Source: a virus
Taxonomy: Duplodnaviria; Caudoviricetes
Strand: one strand, 5' to 3'
DNA: 56,421 nucleotides
IMG/VR virus record: IMGVR_UViG_3300026484_000465
Span: 1 to 56,421 of that record
Part shown: one piece after another, positions 39,552 through 48,925 of the stretch
Numbering within the stretch: position 1 is the first letter of the stretch
Layout: each line of letters opens with the position of its first letter
Notes under the pieces: model-generated
Seen by the model: only the letters and a program-made list of their open reading frames with translations
Database searches by the model: none
What the model was told of the DNA's origin: nothing
Translations under genes and position numbers: made by a program

Positions 39552-41307
39552 TCAAAATAGTATATTGTTTTATTCCTTGTTGGGAGATTATTATATATAT
39601 ATGTATAAAAAAAATGAAAAAAGTGACTGTATAAATACAGGGACATCTATTTTACTTGAAGAAATATTTGAAGACACTTCACATATAATAAATAGTAGTT
39701 TTTTATATAAAAATACAACATCTTTGTTTTTTATAGGAACAATAGAGTATATTGATAGTAATACAGTTAGATACTTTGATATTAATGGGAAAGAAATAAA
39801 CCCAACATCTGTATATATATTAAATAGAGAGAATGATATTATTTTTAATACTTTAGAACAAAATGAAATAATAAAATACTTACAAAAAAATAAACTTTCA
39901 TCATCTCTTATTTACTATACAAAAGAACAAAAACTTAATGTAGATGAAATAGCTACTATGTTTAATGTAACAGATGTAGATGTAAGTAAGTTTATTGCAT
40001 ATTTAATGTATAAAATGATTCAATATAATGTTTATAATAAAACACTAGTCAATAATTTAATAGCGATATATTTTAATACTCCATTCTGTTTAACAGAAAA
40101 AGAAAAAATATTAAAATATCAAGATGGAAAAGTTATTACAGATGTGAATGAATATGAAATAATTCATGATGTATATATAAAGAAAGAAGGTGATATTAAA
40201 TTTGGAGAACCTTTATATTATATATCTAAGATTAACAATTCAAATTCTAGTGTTATCAATAATATTGTCGATAAAATGTTTTATATTGATAACTATTCAA
40301 ATGCTTTTTATTTGAATAAGTTAAAAACATATGTAACATCTACTTTTCTTAATGCTAGTATATCTGTTGATGTACTTATTCAGAATCCAGAAAAAGGAAC
40401 CGTATTAGCAAATATTTTTAAAAATATTTCCTACATAGATGCTTCTTTAAATACTTACAGAGATGAAGAAGAAGAAATTGGAATTTCACTTAAAAGTGAT
40501 TTAAAGTTAATAGAAAAAGGATTGTTTGAAGCAAAAGAGACCACAATAATAACAATACATTATTATGATAAAAATATTAATGCTATTACATTATTGGATG
40601 AAAAACTTAAAGTTATAGAAAAAGGGAAAGCAGATACATTTGAAACTGAACTCAAGAAAGGTGTGTCTCTAGAAAAAAATGGAATAGATGCAATAGGAGA
40701 AGATAAAAATAAAGAATATGCAAAAGAAAATTTATTAAGTATTGAAAATTCAAAATTAACAGCATTATGGGAAAAATTTAATTTAAAAAATTTAATAGAA
40801 AAAGGTGTTAAAAAAATTATTTATAGTGATACTTTAAAATACCCAAAAAACGATAATTTAAAATACAAGTATATTATTACTCCTACATATAATGTTATCG
40901 AAAAGTATATAGAAAACATTAGTTATTTTGCTTTTGATTTTACCACATTACCTACTGATGATATTTTAACAAAAATATATAACATTAACACCTCACATAC
41001 TTATGAAACATTAAAAAAACAAGGTTTTGTTGAAAAAAGTGAAAGTAACAAAATGAAAGGGAAAGAAGCATTAAAATATTTATCATTATCTCTTTTTAGT
41101 GGAACAGAATTAACTAAAAATAAGACTGTTATTGATAGGTCTCTTTTAAGAACTAGAGATACATTGGGAGGAGATGTTCGTTTAAATAAAGAGGAGACTA
41201 ATAATCTATTATCATCAAATAAATTAAGCAAAAAGATTTCTAATGTATTTATACAAAAAGATGAATTAATAATGGACAGTAATACACTAATAGACGAAAA
41301 AAAATGA
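39535..41307 (+). CDS. Putative baseplate wedge protein
   Basis: LIAIYFNTPF...VITDVNEY...GDIKFGEPL; coupled to J-like gene. Confidence 0.4.
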   Translation: MLYQNNQNSILFYSLLGDYYIYMYKKNEKSDCINTGTSILLEEIFEDTSHIINSSFLYKNTTSLFFIGTIEYIDSNTVRYFDINGKEINPTSVYILNRENDIIFNTLEQNEIIKYLQKNKLSSSLIYYTKEQKLNVDEIATMFNVTDVDVSKFIAYLMYKMIQYNVYNKTLVNNLIAIYFNTPFCLTEKEKILKYQDGKVITDVNEYEIIHDVYIKKEGDIKFGEPLYYISKINNSNSSVINNIVDKMFYIDNYSNAFYLNKLKTYVTSTFLNASISVDVLIQNPEKGTVLANIFKNISYIDASLNTYRDEEEEIGISLKSDLKLIEKGLFEAKETTIITIHYYDKNINAITLLDEKLKVIEKGKADTFETELKKGVSLEKNGIDAIGEDKNKEYAKENLLSIENSKLTALWEKFNLKNLIEKGVKKIIYSDTLKYPKNDNLKYKYIITPTYNVIEKYIENISYFAFDFTTLPTDDILTKIYNINTSHTYETLKKQGFVEKSESNKMKGKEALKYLSLSLFSGTELTKNKTVIDRSLLRTRDTLGGDVRLNKEETNNLLSSNKLSKKISNVFIQKDELIMDSNTLIDEKK

Positions 41308-41313
41308 AACAAA

Positions 41314-41358
41314 TTGCAAAATAAAATATTTTATGATACAATAAACTAAAAAAAAGGA
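41314..41358 (+). promoter_or_regulatory. Sigma70-type promoter plus RBS
   Basis: TTGCAA (41314-41319), N17, TGa-TACAAT (41337-41342), A-run, AAGGA. Confidence 0.7.
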
Positions 41359-41365
41359 TTAACAG

Positions 41366-41770
41366 ATGAGAGCATTTGAACTTATCAAAACTGCAGGTGC
41401 AGAATATGGATACAACGATCAAGACAGTGAGGGATTATCTCCAGCAGCTAAAGCAGCAATTGCAGCAGGACTTCTTACAGCAGGTGGAGCAGGATTAAAA
41501 TATGGTGGTCCTAAATTAGCAGATCACATGATGGGTAAAATTGACAGTTTAGCTGATGATAGTGAAAAAATGAAAAAAATGTTAGCAAAGAAAAAAGGTG
41601 ATAAAGAACTTTATGAAAATGCTAGTAAGGCTAAAGAAGCTTTAAAAGCAAAATGGCAAAAATTAAAAGACATTGGTGAACACAAACATGGTGGAAAAGC
41701 ACTTATTGGTGGAGGTGTTACAACTGCAGCTCTTGCCGGAACAGATTACTACCAAAGAAATAGAGGGTAA
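41366..41770 (+). CDS. Gly/Ala-zipper protein with LIKTA leader, paralog of 4367..4801
   Basis: MRAFELIKTA; GLSPAAKAAIAAG vs GLNTAEKAAIASAG; both end QRxRG/QRRG. Confidence 0.7.
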   Translation: MRAFELIKTAGAEYGYNDQDSEGLSPAAKAAIAAGLLTAGGAGLKYGGPKLADHMMGKIDSLADDSEKMKKMLAKKKGDKELYENASKAKEALKAKWQKLKDIGEHKHGGKALIGGGVTTAALAGTDYYQRNRG

Positions 41771-41800
41771 CCTCTCTTTTCTCTTCTTCTATATTTTCTA
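41762..41800 (+). terminator. Intrinsic terminator overlapping stop codon
   Basis: AGAGG-gtaa-CCTCT hairpin then pyrimidine tract. Confidence 0.6.
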
Positions 41801-41856
41801 CTTACTTCTTTTAATAAAATCAAAATTATGCTACAATAAATAAAAAAAGGATTACA

Positions 41857-42318
41857 ATGAATTCGAAAAGTTACTTTTTACTTAAAACAGCTGATGACAA
41901 TAATAATGGTGTCGGAACAGGGACTATTGCAGGAGGTGCTTTGGCATTAGGTGGGCTTGGGAGTATGGGATACGGACATAATTTAATTAATAAAGCTACA
42001 CCTGATACTCCACTATTTTCAAAAGGAAATCAACTTGGTACATTAGGATATGGTGCTTCAAATATCCAGCAAGCTAAAGCAAGTGGGGAAGCAAACACAA
42101 AAGCCATTAATGATTTTGTTGAGGGTCATGGTGGAAAAGAAAAATTTGATGTTAACAAGCTAAATGAAGTAGAAAAAGGGAAATACAATAAAATGTTAAC
42201 AGATGGTGAAAATATAGCTAATCTAGGAAAAGGTTCTAAATTTATGCATTATGGAAAAATTGGCGGACTACTTGGTGGCGGAATGATGTTAGGGTCAATG
42301 TTAACCAATAATAATTAA
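41857..42318 (+). CDS. Glycine-zipper protein with LLKTA leader
   Basis: MNSKSYFLLKTA; GTIAGGALALGGLG and GGLLGGGMMLG; TGcTACAAT promoter. Confidence 0.7.
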   Translation: MNSKSYFLLKTADDNNNGVGTGTIAGGALALGGLGSMGYGHNLINKATPDTPLFSKGNQLGTLGYGASNIQQAKASGEANTKAINDFVEGHGGKEKFDVNKLNEVEKGKYNKMLTDGENIANLGKGSKFMHYGKIGGLLGGGMMLGSMLTNNN

Positions 42319-42330
42319 AAAGGATATAAA

Positions 42331-42585
42331 ATGAAGATAGAACAAATTTCTGAACTATTAGAAAAAACAGCTGCTCATATAGAGATGATTGAGAATGAAA
42401 ACAACATGTTAAGAAAGAAATTAGAAGAAAGTATTTCTGCAGTTAATTTAAACAAAGAAGCTTCTTTTGATTTTTCAGACACAGCGAATGATGACTATGG
42501 TTCTTTGGGGCAACCTTCTAATTATTCCCCGAGCAATCAAATTTCTTCTAGTCAAAAATTAGAAGAATTCTTAAATAATTTATAA
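42331..42585 (+). CDS. Small coiled-coil protein, putative scaffold-associated
   Basis: LEKTA and LNKEA motifs; two genes upstream of capsid. Confidence 0.55.
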   Translation: MKIEQISELLEKTAAHIEMIENENNMLRKKLEESISAVNLNKEASFDFSDTANDDYGSLGQPSNYSPSNQISSSQKLEEFLNNL

Positions 42586-42672
42586 AAAAACTATCTATAA
42601 ATAAGAGCATTTCTTATTTTTGTTTTTTTTGTATAAAATAATGGTAATAAAACCAAAAAAAAGGATAAGTAG

Positions 42673-43059
42673 ATGAAGAATATTGATATTGTAAGAGGTT
42701 ATAGAACCTTCAGTCATGAAGACTTATATGATGCTGACGCAACTGTAACAATCGTGCCAGGAGATATTATAGGCCTTAATGGAAACAAAATAACATTAGA
42801 AAAAACGCATAAAGAAGCTGGAATAGCTCTTGAATCAAACAAAGATATTGCTGGTAATAAACCAAGTGGGAAAATTCCAGTATGTGTTAGTAATTTTGTT
42901 GTAAGATTTTATAGACCAGTTCCAGATGAAGTTAATTTGGGTGATCCTGTTACAGTTATTGATGGAAAGCCATCTAAAACAGACGATGATCATACAGTAA
43001 TTTGGGGATATGTTACAAAAATAGACGAAACATCTTTTGATGTTAGAGTAAATTATTAA
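42673..43059 (+). CDS. Putative head decoration/cement protein
   Basis: 128-aa beta-rich, IVPGDII...GIALE...GKIPV...LGDPVTVIDGK...WGYVT; immediately upstream of capsid gene. Confidence 0.65.
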   Translation: MKNIDIVRGYRTFSHEDLYDADATVTIVPGDIIGLNGNKITLEKTHKEAGIALESNKDIAGNKPSGKIPVCVSNFVVRFYRPVPDEVNLGDPVTVIDGKPSKTDDDHTVIWGYVTKIDETSFDVRVNY

Positions 43060-43071
43060 AAAGGATAAAAC

Positions 43072-44007
43072 ATGGGTATTAATGTAGAAACTCCAGTAAT
43101 TCAACAAAACACAGGGTTAATTAAAGCAGCTTATGCTGGTGGTGACCTTTTAAAACAAGCTATGGATAACAGTACATACTTTATTAGAGATAAAGTAAGA
43201 GAACTTGGTTTTGCTAGAAAAGTAATTGAACCTATTTTTGTTACAAGTGCAGATTTAGACAGAGTTCCAAACAATGAGCAACCTGCTATCATCTTAGAAA
43301 AAGATATCGAAAGTAGAGGGATGACAGTGCCATTCAGAGGGCAAGGAGAACAAAGATATTGGGAAAGAGAAGACATGGTTGTTAATTTCCAAAAAATTGA
43401 ATCAGAAAGAATTAACAAATCTAAATTCGAAATGATGACTTCTAAAACTCCATATACTGAAGTTCTTAAAAAAAGAATTGTTGAAGAGGTTCAAAAAGTT
43501 GAAGATGAAACTTTAATGAACGGTTTCAATGCTATCATAGAGAAAGCAGAAGAAGAAGCTCCTGGTACACAATATCAAGAATTAGAGGGTGGATTAAGCA
43601 AAACAAACATTAAAATATTAATACAAATGCTTTCAAGATTAAAAATGATCCCGCCAACAGGACCAAAACCAAAAATCTTAATGACACAAAATCTAAAATT
43701 AGAATTAATTGAATTAGGAATGATTGAAATTGGTGATTCTAATGTTGGAAAATATTGGAATGAAGGTGTAGTTGGAGTAGATAGATTATTTAATGTCCCT
43801 GTAGTATCTACAATTAAAAATGATTTAGTAAAAGATAATGAAATGTTTATTGTTGCTCCTCAAGATTACTTTGGAAGATTCTTTATTTTACAAGATCACA
43901 CAATGGTAATCAAAACAGAAGCTGATATGATGAATATGTGGACATATGCAGCTATGGGTATGGGATTCGTTAATACAAAAGGTGTATGTAAAGTTACATT
44001 ATCTTAA
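43072..44007 (+). CDS. Major capsid protein (HK97-fold)
   Basis: 311 aa; FIRDKVRELGFARKVI, long backbone helix EVQKVEDETLM, KILMT, LFNVPVVST, terminal MGMGFVNTKGVCKVTL; strong hairpins downstream. Confidence 0.75.
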   Translation: MGINVETPVIQQNTGLIKAAYAGGDLLKQAMDNSTYFIRDKVRELGFARKVIEPIFVTSADLDRVPNNEQPAIILEKDIESRGMTVPFRGQGEQRYWEREDMVVNFQKIESERINKSKFEMMTSKTPYTEVLKKRIVEEVQKVEDETLMNGFNAIIEKAEEEAPGTQYQELEGGLSKTNIKILIQMLSRLKMIPPTGPKPKILMTQNLKLELIELGMIEIGDSNVGKYWNEGVVGVDRLFNVPVVSTIKNDLVKDNEMFIVAPQDYFGRFFILQDHTMVIKTEADMMNMWTYAAMGMGFVNTKGVCKVTLS

Positions 44008-44008
44008 T

Positions 44009-44062
44009 GTAACTCCTCTTTTGAGGATTACAAAATAATATACGTATTGTTTTGTAATTTTT
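44009..44062 (+). terminator. Two overlapping hairpins after capsid gene
   Basis: GTAACTCCTC-tttt-GAGGATTAC and TTACAAAATAATA-tacg-TATTGTTTTGTAA followed by Ts. Confidence 0.6.
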
Positions 44063-44076
44063 AAAAAGGATAATGG

Positions 44077-45030
44077 ATGTTTTTTAACAATTCTCAAAGA
44101 TATGTTTCTATAGCAAAACAAATTATTAACGAAATAAATCATGGGGGAGATAACCCAGAAGAATTATTAAATAAGTATGCTAAAGAATACAATTTAAATA
44201 ATAATATGAAACAAAGAGTTGTAGAAGAATACAATGTAAATATGTTTTTAAGTAAATTAAAAGATGGTAATCACCAAGAGCATTATGTGTTATTGAATCC
44301 TGTTATTAATGAAACACAAAAATGGAATTCTATTATTGAGAAAAATAATAAAGAAAATGAGCATAAAAAGAATATGACCAAGACAGCCTTTTACAATGAA
44401 GAAGCTAATATTGTATTTAAAAACAATTCAATGGAATATGAGCATGACCCACTTTTAAATGGTTCTTTTTCTAACAAAACATTGGTAAGTTCTTTTGAGT
44501 ACGGGGACACCTCTGATTTACTTAAAAATGCTTCTTACAAAGAAAAACTCAGAGAAGAAGAAGGATTTAAAGAATTAGTAAAAACTGCTCATTATAAAGG
44601 TCATGAAGTTATAAATCAATTAGCAAATGATCTAACTAAAGTAGCAAATATTTCAACAGGAGCTACAAAAACCATAATTTATGATTTAATTAAAGAAGGG
44701 CATGAGGATATTGCTAATACTGTTATGGAAAATTGCAAATATAAACCAAACGAAATACTCGGGGCAAAAATGACAGATGGTATATTTGAACAAGATTTAC
44801 CTCTATTAAAAACATCTCAAGAACTTATAAAAGAAGCAACTATAAGTAAACTAATTATGAGAGTAATATCAGAAAAAGGTATGAACCATATCGGAAGTGC
44901 TTTAAATAAAATAAAAACTATGGCAGGGCCTAAAAATAGAGCAAAAATATATATGGCTTATGTAATGAATAAATTTTTTACAGAAAAAAAACCTGGTGCA
45001 TTACATAATGACTTTATTCAAAATGCTTAA
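44077..45030 (+). CDS. Putative head core/scaffold protein with multiple K-x-A motifs
   Basis: MTKTA, LLKNA, LVKTA, LTKVA, LIKEA (plus LLKTS); follows capsid gene. Confidence 0.55.
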   Translation: MFFNNSQRYVSIAKQIINEINHGGDNPEELLNKYAKEYNLNNNMKQRVVEEYNVNMFLSKLKDGNHQEHYVLLNPVINETQKWNSIIEKNNKENEHKKNMTKTAFYNEEANIVFKNNSMEYEHDPLLNGSFSNKTLVSSFEYGDTSDLLKNASYKEKLREEEGFKELVKTAHYKGHEVINQLANDLTKVANISTGATKTIIYDLIKEGHEDIANTVMENCKYKPNEILGAKMTDGIFEQDLPLLKTSQELIKEATISKLIMRVISEKGMNHIGSALNKIKTMAGPKNRAKIYMAYVMNKFFTEKKPGALHNDFIQNA

Positions 45031-45041
45031 AAGGATATAAT

Positions 45042-45176
45042 ATGGAAAACAATCAAAATTTAATTAAAATAGCTCAGGTAGTTAAAGAGCACGCAAAAAA
45101 ATGGTATTTAAAAAAAATGGCAGCGTTAAAAATAATAGACACTATAGATGCATATAAAGAGGCAATGAAGAACTGA
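45042..45176 (+). CDS. 44-aa protein with LIKIA leader
   Basis: Not in ORF track. AAGGA RBS; MENNQNLIKIAQVVKEHAKKWYLKKMAALKIIDTIDAYKEAMKN. Confidence 0.6.
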   Translation: MENNQNLIKIAQVVKEHAKKWYLKKMAALKIIDTIDAYKEAMKN

Positions 45177-45204
45177 TTTACTAATTCAGCTTTCTCAAGC
45201 CATA

Positions 45205-45230
45205 GGCCCCAATTTTAATTTATGGGGACC
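45205..45230. terminator. Hairpin between convergent genes
   Basis: GGCCCCA...TGGGGACC inverted repeat. Confidence 0.45.
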
Positions 45231-45758
45231 TTACTGCTCTTTTTTGCTGTTATTGACTGCTTTGTGTGCAAAATAAGCTTGAGCTGCCCCTAAAGTGCCT
45301 ATTCCACCCATAGTTTGTCCTTGTAATTTAGCTCTTTGTTTTAACATATTTTTAATTTTATCTTTACTTTGGCCTAATTCCTTAAGAATTTCCTCTTCTG
45401 ATGAATCTCCAAGTTCTTTTGTAGCTTGTTTGTAGTCACGAATACGGTGTAACCCTTTTCCTAAAGCACCTGCCATTACACCTATTCCCGTACTTCTGTT
45501 TATTTCATCATCACTAGACCCTATTTTTTTTGCCAATAATGGAGCAGCTATAGACCCTCCTAATAAACCTAATTCAGTTGGTAAAGAAAAAGTCTTATAT
45601 TCACCTTTACCCTGTAAAACATTAACAAGATAAGGAATGTTTTCTTGCAATAGAACCCCTGACGCAACTCCACCAGCTGCAGAAAGTCCATCACCTATCA
45701 TCTTTTTTTTATCAGAATCTTTTTTGTCCGCTGTCTTAATTAAATTAAAACTTTTCAT
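45231..45758 (-). CDS. Glycine-zipper protein with LIKTA leader
   Basis: MKSFNLIKTA; four Gly-rich hydrophobic segments. Confidence 0.7.
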   Translation of the reverse strand: MKSFNLIKTADKKDSDKKKMIGDGLSAAGGVASGVLLQENIPYLVNVLQGKGEYKTFSLPTELGLLGGSIAAPLLAKKIGSSDDEINRSTGIGVMAGALGKGLHRIRDYKQATKELGDSSEEEILKELGQSKDKIKNMLKQRAKLQGQTMGGIGTLGAAQAYFAHKAVNNSKKEQ

Positions 45759-45806
45759 TGTTAATCCTTTTTTTAGTTATAATTATATCTAAAAAAAAGG
45801 ATATTT

Positions 45807-47252
45807 ATGGCATTAAATAATTTTGTTAATATAATAACAGACATCTATAACCCAGCCTCTGTGGATAGTTTGTTTGAGCAATACGGAGTAGAAGGATTCA
45901 GTGGAACAGATGCTAGTCTAGTTTCTATGAATGCACCAGCTTGGTTATTTGTTGTTGCATACAAAACTCAAGCAGACAACGGAGATGATGACGGAAAAAT
46001 TAAAGATTCTGTTTCAAATATTTTATTAAAGAAAAATAGTGACAACATTGTTCTATACAAGGAACACAACTATAGTAGTCAAAATATATTGGCACAAGCA
46101 CTTTTATATTTTAGAGGTTCTAATTATAAAGTAGATAGTATCATTGATTATTACAACGATGTGACTGGTGATGATAAGACAATTGAAACTATATCACATC
46201 AAGACACAAATAATGCATCAGTTGCAACTATAATATTTTCAGATGTTAAATATATTAAAGGGTTGGATGTTGGGAAAACCATTTCGACATACAAAGCTGC
46301 TTTTATCGATGTTAATTACAAAAATGATTACCCTTTAGCAGGGTTAATATTTAAGGCCTTGTTTAATGATGATATACAAGATAAAGTTAAAGAAATTATT
46401 GATAAATTAAAAGACAATGATACTTCTGGTAGGTTTGGTAAACACGATTCTATTTTTAAGAAATTTTCAACAAATAATACCGAACCAGTAATAGAAGAAC
46501 TATGTCAATTAATATCTGTGTTATCAAATGAAAAAGCAGACGAAGTCTTAAGTAAAGACGCTTATTTATATGATATATTAGCAAGTTTAACAGACAATGT
46601 TAATACATCACCAACCCCTATTATTGAATCTATAGATTTTAGTAAATGTACTGGTTTTTCATATTTAGAAACAGGTTTCTCTCTTTCTACTTATAAAAAT
46701 AAGGTGGCAGATTACTACCCTGTATTTGGCTTAATGAATGTTTACATTTACAACAGAGGGGCAACAATTAACACTGATGTTATTAATGCTTTCATTGATA
46801 ATAATTTAAGTAATCCATACACATTTCCATATGAAGATACAATAGTGTCTGGAGTTAATTTAATATCTCAATTAGCTTACACTTGGTCTTTTGATAATGA
46901 AATAGGAGGGTTGTCTGATTTATTAACAAAACTATTTTCTCAAATAGAAACAAATATTACATTTGACGACGGAGACTCTAATTTTCAAAAAACAGTAAAA
47001 ATTAATGCTGTAGCAGGGTTTGTATCTGAGTTTACAGAAGGTTCGCAAATAAATATGTATGGAGCAATTAATATTTTATTTAATAAAATAAATGCTAAAC
47101 ATAAAAAATGGTGCAAAGATAATAACAAGAATTTTGATGATTATGATTCTGATGAAGGATATGGTAGTGACAGAGATAAAGTTTTTGGTTTATACTATAT
47201 TGATTTTGACAGTTATAAAAAGTGGTGTCAAAACTTTGGAAAAGACTTTTAG
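45807..47252 (+). CDS. Hypothetical acidic protein
   Basis: 481-aa ORF with promoter and RBS. Confidence 0.6.
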   Translation: MALNNFVNIITDIYNPASVDSLFEQYGVEGFSGTDASLVSMNAPAWLFVVAYKTQADNGDDDGKIKDSVSNILLKKNSDNIVLYKEHNYSSQNILAQALLYFRGSNYKVDSIIDYYNDVTGDDKTIETISHQDTNNASVATIIFSDVKYIKGLDVGKTISTYKAAFIDVNYKNDYPLAGLIFKALFNDDIQDKVKEIIDKLKDNDTSGRFGKHDSIFKKFSTNNTEPVIEELCQLISVLSNEKADEVLSKDAYLYDILASLTDNVNTSPTPIIESIDFSKCTGFSYLETGFSLSTYKNKVADYYPVFGLMNVYIYNRGATINTDVINAFIDNNLSNPYTFPYEDTIVSGVNLISQLAYTWSFDNEIGGLSDLLTKLFSQIETNITFDDGDSNFQKTVKINAVAGFVSEFTEGSQINMYGAINILFNKINAKHKKWCKDNNKNFDDYDSDEGYGSDRDKVFGLYYIDFDSYKKWCQNFGKDF

Positions 47253-47557
47253 GTCTCTTCTTCCCCTATTGTTTTTTCTAAATAATCTACAACTCTAATA
47301 CACTCTCCATTTTGTGTCCAACTTTCTTTTTCTCTTATAATATGAAATCTATTTGGGTTATGAAGTATATTTGTCATAAATTCTGCAAATTCCGATGCAG
47401 AAGTATCTTCTGCTATTAAAAATACTTTAGTTTTGTATTCAAACCCTTTAAAAGGGTTAGTTTTCATTTCTGCCCCACTTGGCCTAGGCATTCCACTTAA
47501 ATGTGTTTGTAACCTCTCGGCACTATTATTTAATATTTTATTTATTTCTTGAAACAT
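47249..47557 (-). CDS. Hypothetical protein
   Basis: AAGG RBS; last gene of a coupled minus-strand run. Confidence 0.55.
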   Translation of the reverse strand: MFQEINKILNNSAERLQTHLSGMPRPSGAEMKTNPFKGFEYKTKVFLIAEDTSASEFAEFMTNILHNPNRFHIIREKESWTQNGECIRVVDYLEKTIGEEET

Positions 47558-47805
47558 GTTTTACCTTTTTCTTCTATTAGATGGTTATATAGTATGATTG
47601 AAACTCTTCTGTATTTTTTAAAATCATTCAGAGTGATATTGGAGAAAGGAATTTTGTCACTTAAACCGATAAAGAACATAACAATATTATAAATCTCATT
47701 AGTTGTCTTGAATCTATTATCTGATATAAAAGATAATTCATCAGGTGTTAGTTTTTTTTGTTTATGTAGATTTAATAACTTATTGTTAAATTGCTTTAAG
47801 GTCAT
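47542..47805 (-). CDS. Hypothetical protein
   Basis: ATGA overlap with upstream gene. Confidence 0.5.
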   Translation of the reverse strand: MTLKQFNNKLLNLHKQKKLTPDELSFISDNRFKTTNEIYNIVMFFIGLSDKIPFSNITLNDFKKYRRVSIILYNHLIEEKGKTCFKK

Positions 47806-48062
47806 TTAACCCCTTTAAAAGAGGACACCTCTGATAATGCCTTTCTTGCCCCATCATCGGAATTAAGCATCCCAACTCCTCCCATTAGAAGTGAACCACG
47901 ACCAATTACTTTATTCAGCGTTGATGTGTTACCGAATCCATTATTGTGTATTAGATTCTTACTAAAGTTACCTAACATTTTAACACCACTTATAGCCGGA
48001 CTAAGTAAATTAGGAAATGCTTTTTTTTCCAAATAAATATGTGCTTTCATTTTTTCACGCAT
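47802..48062 (-). CDS. Small protein with LEKKA motif and Gly-rich segment
   Basis: HIYLEKKAF; GSLLMGGVGML. Confidence 0.55.
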   Translation of the reverse strand: MREKMKAHIYLEKKAFPNLLSPAISGVKMLGNFSKNLIHNNGFGNTSTLNKVIGRGSLLMGGVGMLNSDDGARKALSEVSSFKGVK

Positions 48063-48330
48063 CCCATTTTAAAATTTTATCTGATTTATGAAATGCAATA
48101 GTTTTCATTGCGGGAAGTGTTTTTTTACAGTTTGTTAAAGCACATCTTTTTTTACTTATTGTTTTTACATAAAATTTACCAAGTCCCTTTAGATAAATAA
48201 CACCTTCATTTTTTCCTCTCATATTCTTTACTATATTAATAAAATTATCCATAACTTTTCTAACCACAACTTCATCAACATCTGTATTCCTGGATATATC
48301 TTTAACCAGTTCAGTATATATCTTCTTCAT
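48055..48330 (-). CDS. HU/IHF-family DNA-binding protein
   Basis: 91 aa; ELVKDIS...VMDNFINIV...IYLKGLGKFYVK...LPAMKTIAF. Confidence 0.75.
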   Translation of the reverse strand: MKKIYTELVKDISRNTDVDEVVVRKVMDNFINIVKNMRGKNEGVIYLKGLGKFYVKTISKKRCALTNCKKTLPAMKTIAFHKSDKILKWDA

Positions 48331-48427
48331 ATGTAGAACCTTTTTTCATATATTTTAACAAAATAATAAAAACATTACAATAAAAAAAATAAATTTGCTA
48401 TAATAATCACAAAAAAAAGGATAGAAA

Positions 48428-48925
48428 ATGGATAGAAATGAACTATTATCTGAGATAGTTGCTTCAGCTGAACAAGAAGTAATGGGGCTTGATAAAACAG
48501 CTAGTTATACTGAAAATCCTGAAGCTGTAAAAAAAATACCTGTGGACAAACCAACAAGCGTTATTTCTAAATTAAAAGAAAGAAGCTTTCACAATCAGGC
48601 AACTTATACAGAGGATTTACATGAAATAAACAATGTAGGAGGCGGGCCAAATACTTCTCCTGAAATGGTTTACCCTAAGCTATCTACTGACAAAGAGACA
48701 AATATAACAAAACTAGCTCATTCTAGTGATGAAATAGTTTCTTTAATAAGAGAAGCTGAACAAGAATTAAATAAAAAAGCTTCTGTTGATGAGACAAATA
48801 TTTCTTATTTTTTAGAAAAAACAGCAGCAGAAACGATAGCTGAAATTAATGATTTAGAAAAAACTGCTGAAGAATTTGGGACTATGGTCGCTAGAGCATT
48901 TTTAAGTGAAATAGGGAGATATTAA
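48428..48925 (+). CDS. Acidic protein with five K-x-A motifs, putative scaffold
   Basis: LDKTA, ITKLA, LNKKA, LEKTA, LEKTA; TGcTATAAT promoter. Confidence 0.6.
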   Translation: MDRNELLSEIVASAEQEVMGLDKTASYTENPEAVKKIPVDKPTSVISKLKERSFHNQATYTEDLHEINNVGGGPNTSPEMVYPKLSTDKETNITKLAHSSDEIVSLIREAEQELNKKASVDETNISYFLEKTAAETIAEINDLEKTAEEFGTMVARAFLSEIGRY

